A DNA stretch of 64,000 nt from Nemertoderma westbladi (lineage: Eukaryota; Animalia; Xenacoelomorpha), in contig JAUCBJ010005021.1 in NCBI GenBank assembly GCA_032718475.1, positions 16,451 to 80,450 on the forward strand, given 5' to 3'. The position numbers and the translations under genes are program-made. Shown here one piece after another: positions 25,601 to 38,405 of this stretch (position 1 is the stretch's first letter; each line of letters opens with the position of its first letter). The notes under the pieces are model-generated. The model searched no databases, had not been told where the DNA came from, and worked only from the letters and a program-made list of their open reading frames with translations.

Positions 25601-28600
25601 TATGTCAACAAAACGCCTAAAGACGTAAGTAAATTCAAGTCTCGAACCAATGACAGGAGAGAACAGGTAAGAAAAACTCCTCCTACGTCTCCTAAGAGAA
25701 TTCAGGTAAGAAAGCCCGAAGAAAGAACGAGTGTGCACAACGTTACTCAAAATAAGGTAAGTAACATCAAACCGAAATGTGCGCTGTGTGACGGGTCCCA
25801 CCGTTAGTTGAGGGTCCACGGACCTAAAAGGAGTTATATAGTGAACGCCCTCCTTGACTCCGGTAGCACAGGAACATTCATCGACAAAGAACTAGCCGAA
25901 GACATTTTTGCTGGACAACCCAAGTTCCGAACTAAGTTAAACATGTCAGGAATTATGCAGGTTTGGAAATCTACAGTAATAGCGGATTATTATGTAGGTG
26001 CGTTGTCCACCCCCCAGGATGAACTAGGAGAACACAGCATAAGGTCAGTAAAAATGGTGGCGATAAAGAACTTCGCTACCAGCCAAGTAGAACCTTATAA
26101 CTGGGATGAGGACGATTTCACCCAGCGGCTTAATATACCTAGATTCAACACAGATTACCCTGGAGTACAAATACTCATCGGCCAAAATGCGCATGAGGCG
26201 CTTGAGACATTGGAGAAACAGCCTGCTCAACCGCAACCACTACAAGCCTATGTGGGAAGAACTAGAGTGGGTTGGTACTTTACTGGCCCTTCCCGTAGAA
26301 CTCTCATGGAAAGGTTACCAAAAGAACAGGTATATCAAGTAAGTCAATGGGAAGTGGAGAGCAGTGAGGTAGACGACCCAACTGAGGGAACACCATACTC
26401 CTCAGATAATGACGATATCCACCAACTCTTCGACGAGGAGAATAACATCGATCTCCTTACGGAAAACGAGACTTGGAAAAACCAAGTGAACCTATGTCAA
26501 CTCATTCGTCCATCATGACAAGTCGACTATAACGACGAATTTAATGACGTAATCGAGCGCTATAATGCGAAGACTCGGGATGAACACGCCGTACGATTCT
26601 TTACTCAAGAGGGTGTAGAGCCCAATTCCTACGATAAGGCCCTATCGGTAGAAGAAGAAAGAGCCAAGCAGATCCAGGAGACAACTACACGTTTTCTTAA
26701 AGATCAAGGTAGATATGAAATCGGTCTACCATTCCGAAAGCGAGAACCAAAATTCATAAACAACCGACCCTTGGCGGAGAAAAGAATTGCTCAACTACAT
26801 CGACGCCTTACGGCAAATGCTTCAGCTAAAGAAATGTATCAGACTCAGTTGAAGAAATTTATTAACAAGGGATATGCGGAGCGAGTACAGGAAGAAACAC
26901 CTATAACTGAGAGAACGTACTATTTAACACATCATTACATTCCATTACATTACATTCAGGACATTGCTTTCGCCGTGAGGACCAGCCAGTGCATAATCTT
27001 GTACTTTGGCAGCCTCATGGAGTGAATAAGCATGGTGGACAGCCCATGACTTTCTTGAGACGCATCTTAAAGGACACTGGCCTTAAAGATGCGGATGATC
27101 TAGCAAATGTCATGGGTGATAGGGAGTTGTGGCGGTGCAATTTTGTTGACAAGCCGGCACAGCATTCTTAAAAATGCAGCTGCAATGCAGCATGCCGATC
27201 CTAGTAGTAGTACATTCCCAAACCCGGTAAACCCCATGAAGTAAGGGTAGTATTTGACGGCTCCGCCCTCTACATGGGCCAATCCCTTAATTCCGAGTTG
27301 TTACCAGGACCCAACTTACTCCAATCCTTGTTGGGAATACTCTTAAGATTACGACAATATTCAATCGCTTTCGCCTCCGATATAGAAGGCATGTTCTTAC
27401 AAGTCAAGGCGCTGGATAGGGATCGAGATAGCCTACGATTTCTGTGGTGGCCGGAAGGAGACCTCAACCAGAAACCGGTGGAGTATTGGATGACCATCCA
27501 GGCTTTTGGGATAATCTCGAGCCCTTCAAACGCCTGCTCAGTGGTGCGCACCACTGCTGATGACAACCGGGACGCCTTCTCTAAAGAGGTGATCGACAAC
27601 ATCAAATGGGATATATACATGGACGACAATTTAAAGTCCCTTCCATCAGTTGAAGAAGCCATTGATGTCGCCAAAGGAACGGTAGAGTGCTTAAAAAGAG
27701 GTGGTTTTCGATTAACTAAATTCACCAGCAACTCCCGTGAGTTTCTGGAATCGATCCCGGTAGAAGATCGAGGAGCGAAAGATCTAGACCTAATCAAAGA
27801 CGATCTTCCAGAAACCAAGACACTTGGTTTGAAATGGGACACAGAGAGAGATATCCTGTTTTTCCAGCTAAAACAGTGAGATAATCCAGTTCGAACTAAA
27901 CGGATTTGTTTAAGTATCCTGAGCACTTATTTCGATCCATTGGGATTTATTAGCCCAGTTATATTGATTGCTCGGAGTTTAGTACAACAAATGTGGCTTG
28001 AAAACCACTCATGGGATGATCCACTTAAGGGAGAATTATTAAAGAAGTGGATGAAATGGGAAGATTCTCTACTAGCCATCGAGAACTTTATAATTTCCCG
28101 CTCATATTTTGGTCATGTTCTCCCTACGTATTCATATCAACTCCATGTGTTTGGAGTCGCCAGCGATATGGGAATAGGTATAGTAGCCTACCTGAGAGTG
28201 GAAACTCCGGATGGAATTAAAGTCGCCTTGGTTACCTCTAAGGCATTGATAAACAACAAGATGAAAGTTCCTCGAGCGGAGTTAAAAGCGGCTCTATATG
28301 CTACAGCCATCGGCCGAAATGTAACAGAACAGATCGAATATCCACTGGAGAAAACTGTCTATTGGACCGATGCTTTACTCGTGTTGGAGTATATAACCAA
28401 TGAAGTCTGTCAGTTCAGCGTCTTCGTTACCAACAGAGTAGCCATTATACTTAGTCGTACGAAGATGGATCAATGGAGACATTGCCCCAGAACGATAAAT
28501 CCAGCAGACATCGCCTCTAGGGGAGCAACTCCACAAGAACTGATAGATACTCCAGACTGGTTAGGTGGACCCGACTTCCTAAGCAAAGAAGAGGATGAAT

Positions 28601-30501
28601 GGCCTCCTCATCTTACTACGGCGGAGATTAGACAGGCCAAGGGAGCGGAGAAAGTCAAACCTAAAACTCGGGCGAGTAAATCGAAGTTATTTAAACCCGT
28701 GGTAGATCTGTCTGTACTACACACTTCCGGAGACGACGCTTTGGATCCGAAACCCACAGCCACAAATAAGTCTGTTGTGGAAATCAGAGAGAAGGATTGG
28801 AAATCTGGAATACCAGACGTCTCGCAAGGACTCTCACCTCTCCTGCAGAGAGCGATATATCACTACAGTTCCTGGAATCGGCTCTGTAAGGCCGTTACAT
28901 ATTTAAAGCGATGTTTTCATCATCACTACTCCAGGACGAAGACCAATAGTGATACCGCTCCACTGACATCTGTGCAGGTCCATGTTGTTAAAGATCTTCC
29001 CAAATATAAGATATCCGACAGGTTTCTGAAGGAGATGATCAGTTATCAGGAGCATGAAGAAACCAATAAGCAGATGCTGAGACTCCTGCAATCCTATGAG
29101 GATTCCGATAAGTATTTCCTGTTGTTGAGAAATCCACAGATGCGCTTAAGGGATCGTTTCTCTAGCACTATGATAGATGGGTTGATACGTGTTGGAGGAA
29201 GATTAACTAATGCTCCATTATCCTTTGACACTAAATTTCCCATACTCATTAGAAATCTTGAAATACAAATCAAGATGATTGTAGATGTTCACAGCAAACT
29301 TTATCATGCTGGTAGAGAACGAGTTCTTAGCGAAATTCGAACTCGCTATTATTTTTATAAACCCCGTAGAGCTCTGAACCAAGTTCTTAGGAACTGCATA
29401 CCCTGTAGGAAAGCATTCAGTAGGCCTTTAACACAGCGAGAGGCAGAATTACCTAGGGAACGAGTAAGCTTCTATGAACCACCCTTTACTAATACCAGTG
29501 TTGATTTATTTGGCCCTATTGAGGTATATCGTGCTAGGACTATAGTCAAGAGATGGTGTGTCATCTTTGTCTGTATGACTTGTAGAGCTATCCATCTCGA
29601 TATGGTGAACGATTTATCTACCAACAGCTTCCTATTGAGCTTACGACGACAGATCGCTCGCTTTGGAACTAGTAACACGATGAGATCTGATAAGGGAACA
29701 AACTTCATTGGTGCCAACAATGAAATCAAGGCTTACGTCAAAGATTGGAACCAAAGACAGGTGGACGATCAGCTAAGGGTAACAGCGTCTAGCTGGACCT
29801 TCAACGCCGCCGACGCCCCTTGGTGGGGAGGAAGTTGGGAGAGATTAATCAGGAGCGTGAAGACCGCATTTCACTTTATAGTGCCGTGCCGCGCGTATCT
29901 CACCGACGAACTTTTGCGGACGTTAATGGAGGAAATCGCCGCCTATCTCAACGAGAGACCGCTTATGCCAGTCTCATCGAGTCCCGATTCCCTGGAAGCG
30001 CTAACACCCGCGCACTTCCTACTGAAGAAACCTGTAGCCATGCTCCCACGATCGGAAATCACCGACGGAGACGAATACTGCCGGCAAACTTGGCAACTTA
30101 TGCAGTTGTTATCCCGTCGTTTCGCTGACCATTTCGAAAAACATTATCTGCCCACGCTACAACTTCGAACTAAGTGGTTTGCGCAGCAAGAAAACGTCAG
30201 CGCTGGAGACATGGTCCTTATTGTGGATTCAGATCTTCCACGTAAGCGGTGGCAGACAGGTCGTATCATCGAGACTCACATCTCGGATGATGGTTTGGTG
30301 CGATCGGTAGAACTCGTCGTCATGCGACGTAACTTTAAGAAACCGGGAATTGTCTTCGAGACACAGCAGCTCAATCGCCCAGTTGGTCGTTTATGTTTAC
30401 TGGAAAGAGACAGAGAACTCTCCGGAAACTATGGAAGGCAAGATACTCTTCCCACGACCACCTCCCTAATCCAACAAACATCTAGGGACTCCCCAACGTA
30501 A
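22656..30501 (+). pseudogene. BEL/Pao gag-pol polyprotein, disrupted
   Basis: DUF1759-like Gag (KFNGDEMKW...EKLRFLIECLEG...YGN); truncated knuckle CALCDGSH; protease ALLDSGS; RT (RVVFDGSA, GPNL, DIEGMFLQ, YMDD); Pao RNase H (LHVFGVAS, YWTD, NPADIASRG); integrase (H...H...CIPC, VDLFGP, SDKGTNF, WWGGSWERLIRSVK). In-frame stops at 23331, 25805, 26516 and 27877; frameshift near 24580; LINE insertion at 26944. Confidence 0.95.
26944..27210 (+). mobile_element. 5'-truncated RTE LINE 3' fragment inserted into the BEL RT
   Basis: 26957-27210 is nearly identical to 49538-49790 and ends in (TAG)3. TSD TACATTCC (26936-43, 27211-18). Removing it restores YYLTHHYIP-KPGKPHEVRVVFDGSA. Confidence 0.95.
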
Positions 30502-31055
30502 CAGCGTCTGGAGTGGGTGTGTGACTATATTATTTTATATTTGTTTTTATTATTTTATATTTATGTATGTATTATTATGTAATTTTATTATAATCGTTTT
30601 CTTTAATTTTATTTAGTAGAATGTTATTTTAGCGATTATTTAGTAGATTAGTGCAATATATATTCGCGTTTATTACTTAATTACTTATATATTATATATT
30701 TAGTGCGACGGCGAGAAATAATTCTTTTTCTCTTTCCTTACTGTCCGTATTACATTATAAATACGTGACTACAGTAAGATGAAATATCCGTACTTATTAA
30801 AGTACAATAAAGCTCCTACTATATTCAAGTATTATTGGTAAGTAGAGTATTAGGAATGCAAAATTCAGATCCTCGTGTCTCGGCTAAACCAAGCTCTGGG
30901 TAGACCTTGGAAACGACTTGCCTCTTCTCACTGACATTGCTTCTTGCGATATTGCTCTCATACCGTATATTAAATAATACATATAGTAGCGTGATGTCCC
31001 TTTAACAGTAGCGTAAAACGCAAAATAAATCTGTTAAACCCTTTGACCATCTGTA

Positions 31056-31410
31056 ATTCTAGTCGATTAAGATATCGCGGCACCCACCGATATACTTAAA
31101 AGACAAAATTCTAGAATCAGTGGTTAACGTCCCCAGACATGTTCTGGAATAAACCGGTGCCCATCTTAAATATTAACTATTAATATTTATAAAATCTGTC
31201 AAACAGATACAATAGAGTAACTACTTACAAGTTAACTCTAGAAAATCTATAAATTAAAATCTGTCAAAATTTAGATCCTTTAAAATTCTAGTCAATTAAG
31301 ATATCGTAGCACTTACCGATACTCTTAAAAGGACAAATTTCCTAGAATCAAGGATCCCAGTCCCCAGATATGTTCTGGAATAAAATTGTGTCTATTTTAA
31401 TATTAAATAA
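31056..31410 (+). repeat. Diverged ~125-bp direct duplication (period ~228) between pol and the accessory ORF
   Basis: AATTCTAGTC(G/A)ATTAAGATATCG...GTCCCCAGA(C/T)ATGTTCTGGAATAAA at ~31056 and ~31284. Confidence 0.8.
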
Positions 31411-32207
31411 TAAAATTTACGGGAATAAATTTAAATTCATATCTTTTAATGAATTTGATAAATTGTCATTTTTATGCAATTTATAACATTCCCAAAATTC
31501 CATTAATTAATAGATCATGGGAGCGGAGATTCACCCTATTAAGTATATTAGTGTGCGAGAATCTCCAATATATAGTCAATAGCCGATAAAATTCATAAAA
31601 TCATGTATAAAGAGGAATATTGACAATTAAAGAATTACTATTAAATAGCATCCCAGATCTGTATGCATGAGAATTACCCTAATTCTACTGCTAGCTTTCC
31701 ATAATGTCACCATGGCAACAACCACGCTAGAATTAGAAGTGAGTTAAAAGAACAATAAAGGCTTGCCCCATTGAATAGCATAAGGAATAAAATAGCACAC
31801 TGCTAGTATCCCAGGATACCCAATAATAACGTGGCATTCTGGAAGGCACTTGACTAACGGACAAATGGCCCGAATGTGTGCGGTTTGTGACAGTTGTGTG
31901 GAATTTGTGCGTTTATAGGTGAATGTTACTACTAAAGTGTGTTTACAGTAGCGAGTCGCAATTGTGAAAGTAGCCCTAACTCTCCAGTAAGAACCTGAAG
32001 TAAATCTAAGCCTTTGGGACGGACGGTGGAGTGACTCGCGCTGGTTGTTGTGGTCGTTGTGCAGCTACTACGTTGGCGATAGGCACATCGGCGAAAGTAC
32101 ACCAGCGCTGAGGATCTTGCGCTGTCCGGGGGCCGAGAGGGGTAGGCAGCGACGCCCGCTAGCCTAATTATAACTAATTATAATATTGATAAACTCATAT
32201 AGCAGCT

Positions 32208-33619
32208 ATGACTGAGTTGATAGAAGATGATCTTGGTATCAGGGAGAAATATACTCTACCGTTGCAAGCGTTTGTTGATAGCTTGATACGCAGCGACGCT
32301 AGTCCAACTACTACGGAGGACGATGGTCGTTATATCGAACCGCCGATGTCCCAGGAGCAACTTACGCGTGAATTGGACTATCGAAAATTCACTGCTCGCT
32401 ATACGCATCGTAATGGTACGCATATGGACTTCTTAACTACTGGTCATCCTATCGATTTACACGATACGGACGATGTCGACACCGAAAGGGAAATGGTACT
32501 ATTTAAATATCCTACCCAGCGGAGTCGGAACGATAAACTGAAAATCGAATGCGAAAATTCTATTCGAAATCGACTCGAAAGAGAAGACGTTAAAGAACCG
32601 GATAAACGCGGTAACTCCAACGTATATTTGGAATTCTTGAGAGAAACATTGTAAAACCGAATAAATATCACCCGCGTTTCCCCTACAAGACGTGCGTCTT
32701 TGGTATTATTGCGATGAATGCCCAAGACCCAACCAACAAACGGAAAGACATAAACATCCGCGGAGACGTTGCTTTAAACACGGTTTTACTCGCTATATTT
32801 ACGGGAGTTTCGAGCGAAACTTGTTCGATGTATCACCTACGCTCGCTCGATTCAAACGATCCTTAAATAAACCTATGATCAGAGTTCCGGAATACTCGGT
32901 CAGACCTCCTCATTCCCTAGTTAGACCTCAGACTCTTGATCCTAATAGTATCACGGATCCTCCCGAACTGTACTCACTGTTCAAAGATCTAGTGTTACCC
33001 GAACAGTTAGTCGGTGGCACTCCGGTTGTGGGCTCCCTAAATATTCGCCCATCTTACCTAGCCGGATTGGGACGCGGACATCTAATATCGCCATTCAACC
33101 GTATCATCGTCCCGGTTTAACCCGATACAACCTGTCACCGAGGCGGAGGAGAGAGTTGTACGAAACGCGTTGGACACTATTCGTCAAAAGATCGGAAAAG
33201 GAACCTATAATTGTTTAGAGAAACGTAAATTGCAGCAGCAAGTCCAAGCGGTAAACGAATTAGCTTTATCTCAGTTCGATCAGGAAATCCAGAATCTCTA
33301 AGAAGATATCGAACTTGGACGACCCTATTCTCTGCAAGAGTTTTTGGACGAACGCATCCAACGATAAGCGGAGGAAAATCAGCTCGAGGAGAAGCATATC
33401 GAAATGGACGAGACATCGACCATAACCCTAAACCTTCCGATGCAATTGTATTGCACCCTTTACCCAGGAGTTATAGCCCTCCTAGTAAAGTGGCTCGCCC
33501 CAAAGAGAAAAGGACTCTTGCTAGCCTCAAAAAACTGCGTAAACGCCGTCCGCGCAAGAAAGACTAACTGTTTAGAGTATTTTTATATTTTAGAAACTGT
33601 GATTTTGTATATTTTATAG
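32208..33619 (+). pseudogene. Degraded accessory ORF of unknown function in the env position
   Basis: Three consecutive protein-like segments (32208-32654, ~32665-33120, ~33122-33619 with TAA stops at 33299 and 33365). Starts at an ATG and ends just before the PPT. Confidence 0.6.
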
Positions 33620-33645
33620 ACTCAAATCCCATTTTCTGGGAGCGG

Positions 33646-34791
33646 TGTAAAAGCTTTTGCGGATGTAACAAGCTATTTTTCTCCGCAATATACCGAGTAG
33701 GTATTTTAGCGGACATAACAAGCGATTTTGCCCGCTATGTCTGCATGTGTGCTTTAGCGGACATAAAAAGCCATTTTTCTCCGCAATAAGCTCAAATACT
33801 CTAAACATCGGAACTCAGATGACGACATCTATCAGCTGTGTCCACGTGTAACTCTTTCTTTGTTCTTTGTTCGTTCTTTGTTCGGTCGACCAATCAGAGC
33901 GGTTTTCGACTCTGTGTTGGACATTGTATACAGAAACTCACGCAATTCAGTCAGTGTGTATTTTTCCTGATGCCAGAACACCGGCTTTGGAATTTCTGTG
34001 TTTCAGGCTTTAGCCAAACATTAGTAGGCTTTGATCATAGAAACGTATAACTGTTATCCAAACCACAAACCAAACTGGCAAATCAGCCTGTCATATCTCA
34101 TCCAAACACCGCATTATTTTACTGCTATTTACTGTCGGTTATTAATTGTATCAGTTGATGGAATATTGTTATATTTGGATAATATCGATAAATAATCAGA
34201 AAACCCCAATCTTCTTGATATACTGAAGGTTAGAGAGACCGGTTACATATAACAATTGCGACTTACATTAAAGTGGTTTTGGAGTGAATCTAATGCTATT
34301 TCATAGGCACTACATGTGTCGGTTGCTGTTCTCTTTATATGTGACTAAAATTAGTGAAGGTCGGCAGATCGGTGTGCAGTATTATGCGGTAGTGTGCATG
34401 AGTGTGATAGATAACAAAGCATCTCCTAAAGAATGCGCTTTATACGTGAATCAATAGCCATCCTGTTGTGCTTAGTGTAAGTCATAACTCTGTTTACATA
34501 CTTAGAGCGCCACGTCCTAAAGGAACTGTTGATATTTCCCGAAAGTGAATAATATTTGTCAGAGATTATATATTAACGATCAATCGAATAATACAGTAGG
34601 CCTACACCGCAATAAGGTCAGAGCTTCCGAATCCAGTCTCCCGGGTATATCCAGCGGGTGAATGGTCGCGCATAGGCTGGCTTCGGCTAATGTAGTGTAT
34701 CCAATACTCGTCATAGGCTAAAGTCGATTTATAACCTAGAAGACACCTAAATTTGGCAGGTTAAACTGCTAAAGGTCTGAAAGCGCGAACA
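33646..34791 (+). repeat. 3' LTR (1146 bp)
   Basis: TGTAAAAGC...GCGCGAACA followed by TSD CAGAT. Confidence 0.97.
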
Positions 34792-35894
34792 CAGATTCAG
34801 CCAATGTTATTGGGTTTTTTCTGGTTTTGCTCATCTTGGCTATATTAAATTAATAAATTATTACTGCTATAGTATCAGGTGCATTTAGGTGGCCATTATA
34901 ATTCCTCTAATAATGATAACATTGATGGATTAGGTCATGTATGTTACTGTATACTGCGTCTGAGTTCGATAATACAGTATGTTATAAAAATATCGTAAAA
35001 CTCAAATTTAAACCCTCAACATTGTTACATTCATTATTGTCAACATTAGTAACATTAAACTTTGGAATACGTCATTGAGATACATTATGAATAATGTACG
35101 TCAGCAAATGTAATTTGATTAAAAGGAAATATGCGACCACGTCACAGCCCTCAGAGATTTTCCAATAATTGATAAATTCCAAGATCTCACAACTACTGCA
35201 GCACACAGGCACCCCCCCCCCCCCCCCCCCCCCCACCCACACAATAATATTAACATTGGTAAATAATATACATAAATTCATAAATTACTGCTATAATATC
35301 AGGTGCATTTAGGTGGCCATTATAATTCCTCTAATGATGATAACATTGATGGATTGGCACGTATACAACTTTTGATATCGATAATCTGTTATTAAAATAT
35401 CTTAAAACTAGAGTTGGATCCCTGTGGACTTTGGAATACGAAGTAGAATAATCTGAACATTACAATCGGCCTGCTGCATTGAAGCTGCATATTGAGATGC
35501 TTTGCTGGCTTGAAAAAATAACTTTTGCCACCACTATGCCATCCATAGTTGGCATGCCCAATGCAGCGTGCTTTAAGAATGCTATGCCGGTATATCGAAA
35601 AAATTTCACCGCCACAACTCCCTATCCACAATGACTGTGCAGCTAATTTTGCTGTACATTTTAATTTAAATCTTTTGGTTATGGGAATTTACTGGATGTA
35701 AAATAAATTACCTGGTTAGGATTTACCAGAGCAAATAGCTCTTGTTTGGAATAGAAACAGATCGCTTTAATCTCAATCTTTTACTGGAATTTGTTATGCA
35801 GGAATTGGAATCTAGAGAGTCATTGGCCTTTTCTGCTTCTTTAACTAAATACATAAAATAAAATAAATAAAATAAAATTATGTAATACTACAGT

Positions 35895-37181
35895 ATGGAG
35901 TGACTCTATGTGTGCACTTGGATGGATTCGTAAAGGCCCATCTAAACGAGACGTCTTTGTATTAAACAGGGTAACTGAAATAAATGACATAACTGAATCC
36001 TACCAATGGATGTTCCCTCAGAGTTAAATCCCGCAGATGTACCTTCCCGTGGGAGTAGTTTAATAAACCTTCAGTCTAATTCTCTCTACCTAAATGGTCC
36101 AGAATTCATAAATGAACCTGAATCATCATGGCCAATTGAGCCAACACCACCTCCTTAACTACTGACATTAGAAGTTCCACATCCAATATCAGAATGGAAT
36201 GTTCAAAGAATCAATGATTATTCATTCCTTCATGGACAAACCAGTTAGAGTTCTTGCATGGGTATCGCGCTTCTGCCATAATGCACGCACATCATTATGA
36301 CAAACTCACTGGTTCATTGAGTACTAAAGAAATTCAAAACTCACTCAGTCCACTAATCAAAGTTCAACAATATGTCCATTATCCAATGGAAATGGGACAT
36401 CTTATGGTCAAACCAAACTCTCCAATCCCACGACATTCTTCTCTTTGCAACCTACGGCCAATTATACACCAAGGTTTGCTTGCAATGCAGCCAAGGACTG
36501 GCGAACAACCACTTCCTATTTTACCACGCCATAGTTATCTTACTAAACTTATTGTTAGTCACTTTCATTGTGGACTTTCATTGGCACAGGTCAGGACCCA
36601 GTACTGGGTACCACATGGTCGTTCTATAATACGTAAAATGGTTCATGAATGTCGTCCATGTCGTCGATATCCGTCTCAGCCATTAATGTACCTGAGTCTG
36701 TCTTACAACCCTTGAGTAAACCTCTTGTCCCCTTCCCTGTCACAGGCCACTCTTCTTCTTCCACTACGTCCACTTCTTTGGCCCTCTATTTACTAAAGAT
36801 GGTTCCACCAAAGCCCAATGTCACACATACACCTGTGCATCGATCAGAGCCATCCACTTGGAACTTGTGAAGACTGCTGATACCAAGACAAGAACTCCAA
36901 ACCTGGTTCTCCTGGTTTCTTAACTAAGAGAGCTGCCCCCTTATTCCTTATTCCAACCAATCCGATGAGACAATAATATATGATGGAATTGTTCACCGTG
37001 GGGGTGTAGCAAGCAAATCCACACCCATACCATCCTCCTCTACCTCTACGTCCAATAAAATTGTTGTAAAGAAAGAGGTTGTAACTCCGAAATCAATTAC
37101 AGATGTCAAACTAGTTAGCACCAAACCTTATAAGACATCTCATGGTCGACTAGTTCACCCTCCCAAAAGATACCGGTACTG
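35895..37181 (+). mobile_element. Old degraded BEL/Pao RNase H-integrase fragment (different family)
   Basis: NPADVPSRG, GPEF, PILPRHSYLTKLIVSHFH...QVRTQYWVPHGRSIIRKMVHECRPCRRY (integrase zinc finger), C-terminal TSHGRLVHPPKRY. Confidence 0.8.
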
Positions 37182-37429
37182 AAACTAATGCTGTAATGCA
37201 CTAATGATTGTTTTGGCTTTGAGCCTATGTCAGTATGAATCAAGAATGTTTAATTGATTGTTTATGCTTTCCTTTTAACCTACCTACTTTCTTATTGATT
37301 GTCACTGTGTCAATTATTATTTTCTGGGTTGCGTTATACTTACTGCTTGCTTCAATACTAATAGCCTAGCATCTAGGCTTATAAATATTAGGGTCAAATA
37401 CCCAAATTGCCGATACAATGACTTTCGCG

Positions 37430-37705
37430 AGATTATCAGCATCTTCAAGGCCAGTCTGCCAGTATCCTTTAGGAGGCGTCTCAAGAAAGTCATGGGCTGT
37501 TTATTCACTACATAAGGCCGCTAAAACGCAATATCATGCACATGCATGTCCTCACGGCGAAAGCAATGTCCTGCAAAGAGGAGGCGGCTTTGTTCAGGTG
37601 TTAAGCTTGGGGGAACCAATAAGACACCTCCAATGTTATATAGTGTCTGTTTGGAGATGTGTGCATTCTGAATTGTACTTGACACAGTGAGTCCAGCGTA
37701 GCATT
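37430..37705 (-). mobile_element. Diverged 3' fragment of the same RTE family as 48269-49790
   Basis: Reverse complement aligns with ~49412-49680 (e.g. QPMTFLRR.LKDTG), with many substitutions. Confidence 0.85.
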
Positions 37706-37739
37706 AACTATAAATAACAGTCCATTAATATCAACGCCA

Positions 37740-38134
37740 GGCCACCGACTCAAATCGAGATCGACCAATACCAACATCTGGATTCCATAGACTTCTCTAC
37801 ACCCACTCTAGATGTACCCAAAGTGTCGCAAATAGTAGGGATGGATTGTCCACAGCACATGAAAGGCTAGAGACAATCTTGGTGACAAAAAGGATGAGGA
37901 TCCAGTCGTGATCTAACACCATTTGGGTGGAAAGTGAGTGGACCCTTAAAGACCAGAATACCATTCAATATACCGGAGACAATCGGAATGTATGCTGAGG
38001 GGGCAGGAACATTGAGAGATCTGGAGGAGGAGACAGCGCAAGATCAACTAAGGAGAATGTTGCGGCAAGATTTTGATGGATTAAAGGAAATTAAAATTGG
38101 TACATCGAGGGTAAACAAGCCGACAAAGTTTTAA
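37740..38134 (+). mobile_element. Degraded BEL/Pao protease-RT spacer fragment
   Basis: TPFGWKVSGP (BEL T.LGW..SG motif; compare RTRVGWYFTGP at ~26260), followed by DQLRRMLRQDF. Confidence 0.5.
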
Positions 38135-38342
38135 ATAGTCAATGAGCTGTGAAGATGGTAGATACCAAATATACACTAACTTTTTATTGTAGCGAGTGCT
38201 TAAAGACGGCCAAGGCCAAGCACGGTAGGGTTGAGCACAGTGGCAGCATATGATGGTATTGACAGATAGATGGGAGGCCATGAGGAGGTAACTTGCGGAC
38301 ATACAAGGTATCAGATAGTATTTCCAGGTCTATCTTTTACCT

Positions 38343-38405
38343 GAGCCGTTAGCTAAATGGATAGAGCGTCGGACTTCCAACCCGGAGGTCACCAGTTCGA
38401 TCCGA
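38343..38405 (+). mobile_element. tRNA-derived SINE head or tRNA pseudogene
   Basis: GAGCCGTTAGCTAAATGGATAGAGCGTCGGACTTCCAACCCGGAGGTCACCAGTTCGATCC has A box, anticodon-arm remnant and B box; acceptor stem not paired. Confidence 0.6.

Larger units (their letters stand above)
19168..34791 (+). mobile_element. Full-length, mutated BEL/Pao LTR retrotransposon (15.6 kb)
   Basis: Two TG...CA LTRs; 5-bp TSD CAGAT (19163-67, 34792-96); purine-rich GGGAGCGG before the 3' LTR; Gag-PR-RT-RNaseH-IN order with BEL-specific motifs. Confidence 0.97.

Noticed and set aside
34855-35360. ~80-bp direct repeat at ~34860 and ~35283
   Set aside because: Local duplication without LTR, TIR or TSD hallmarks.
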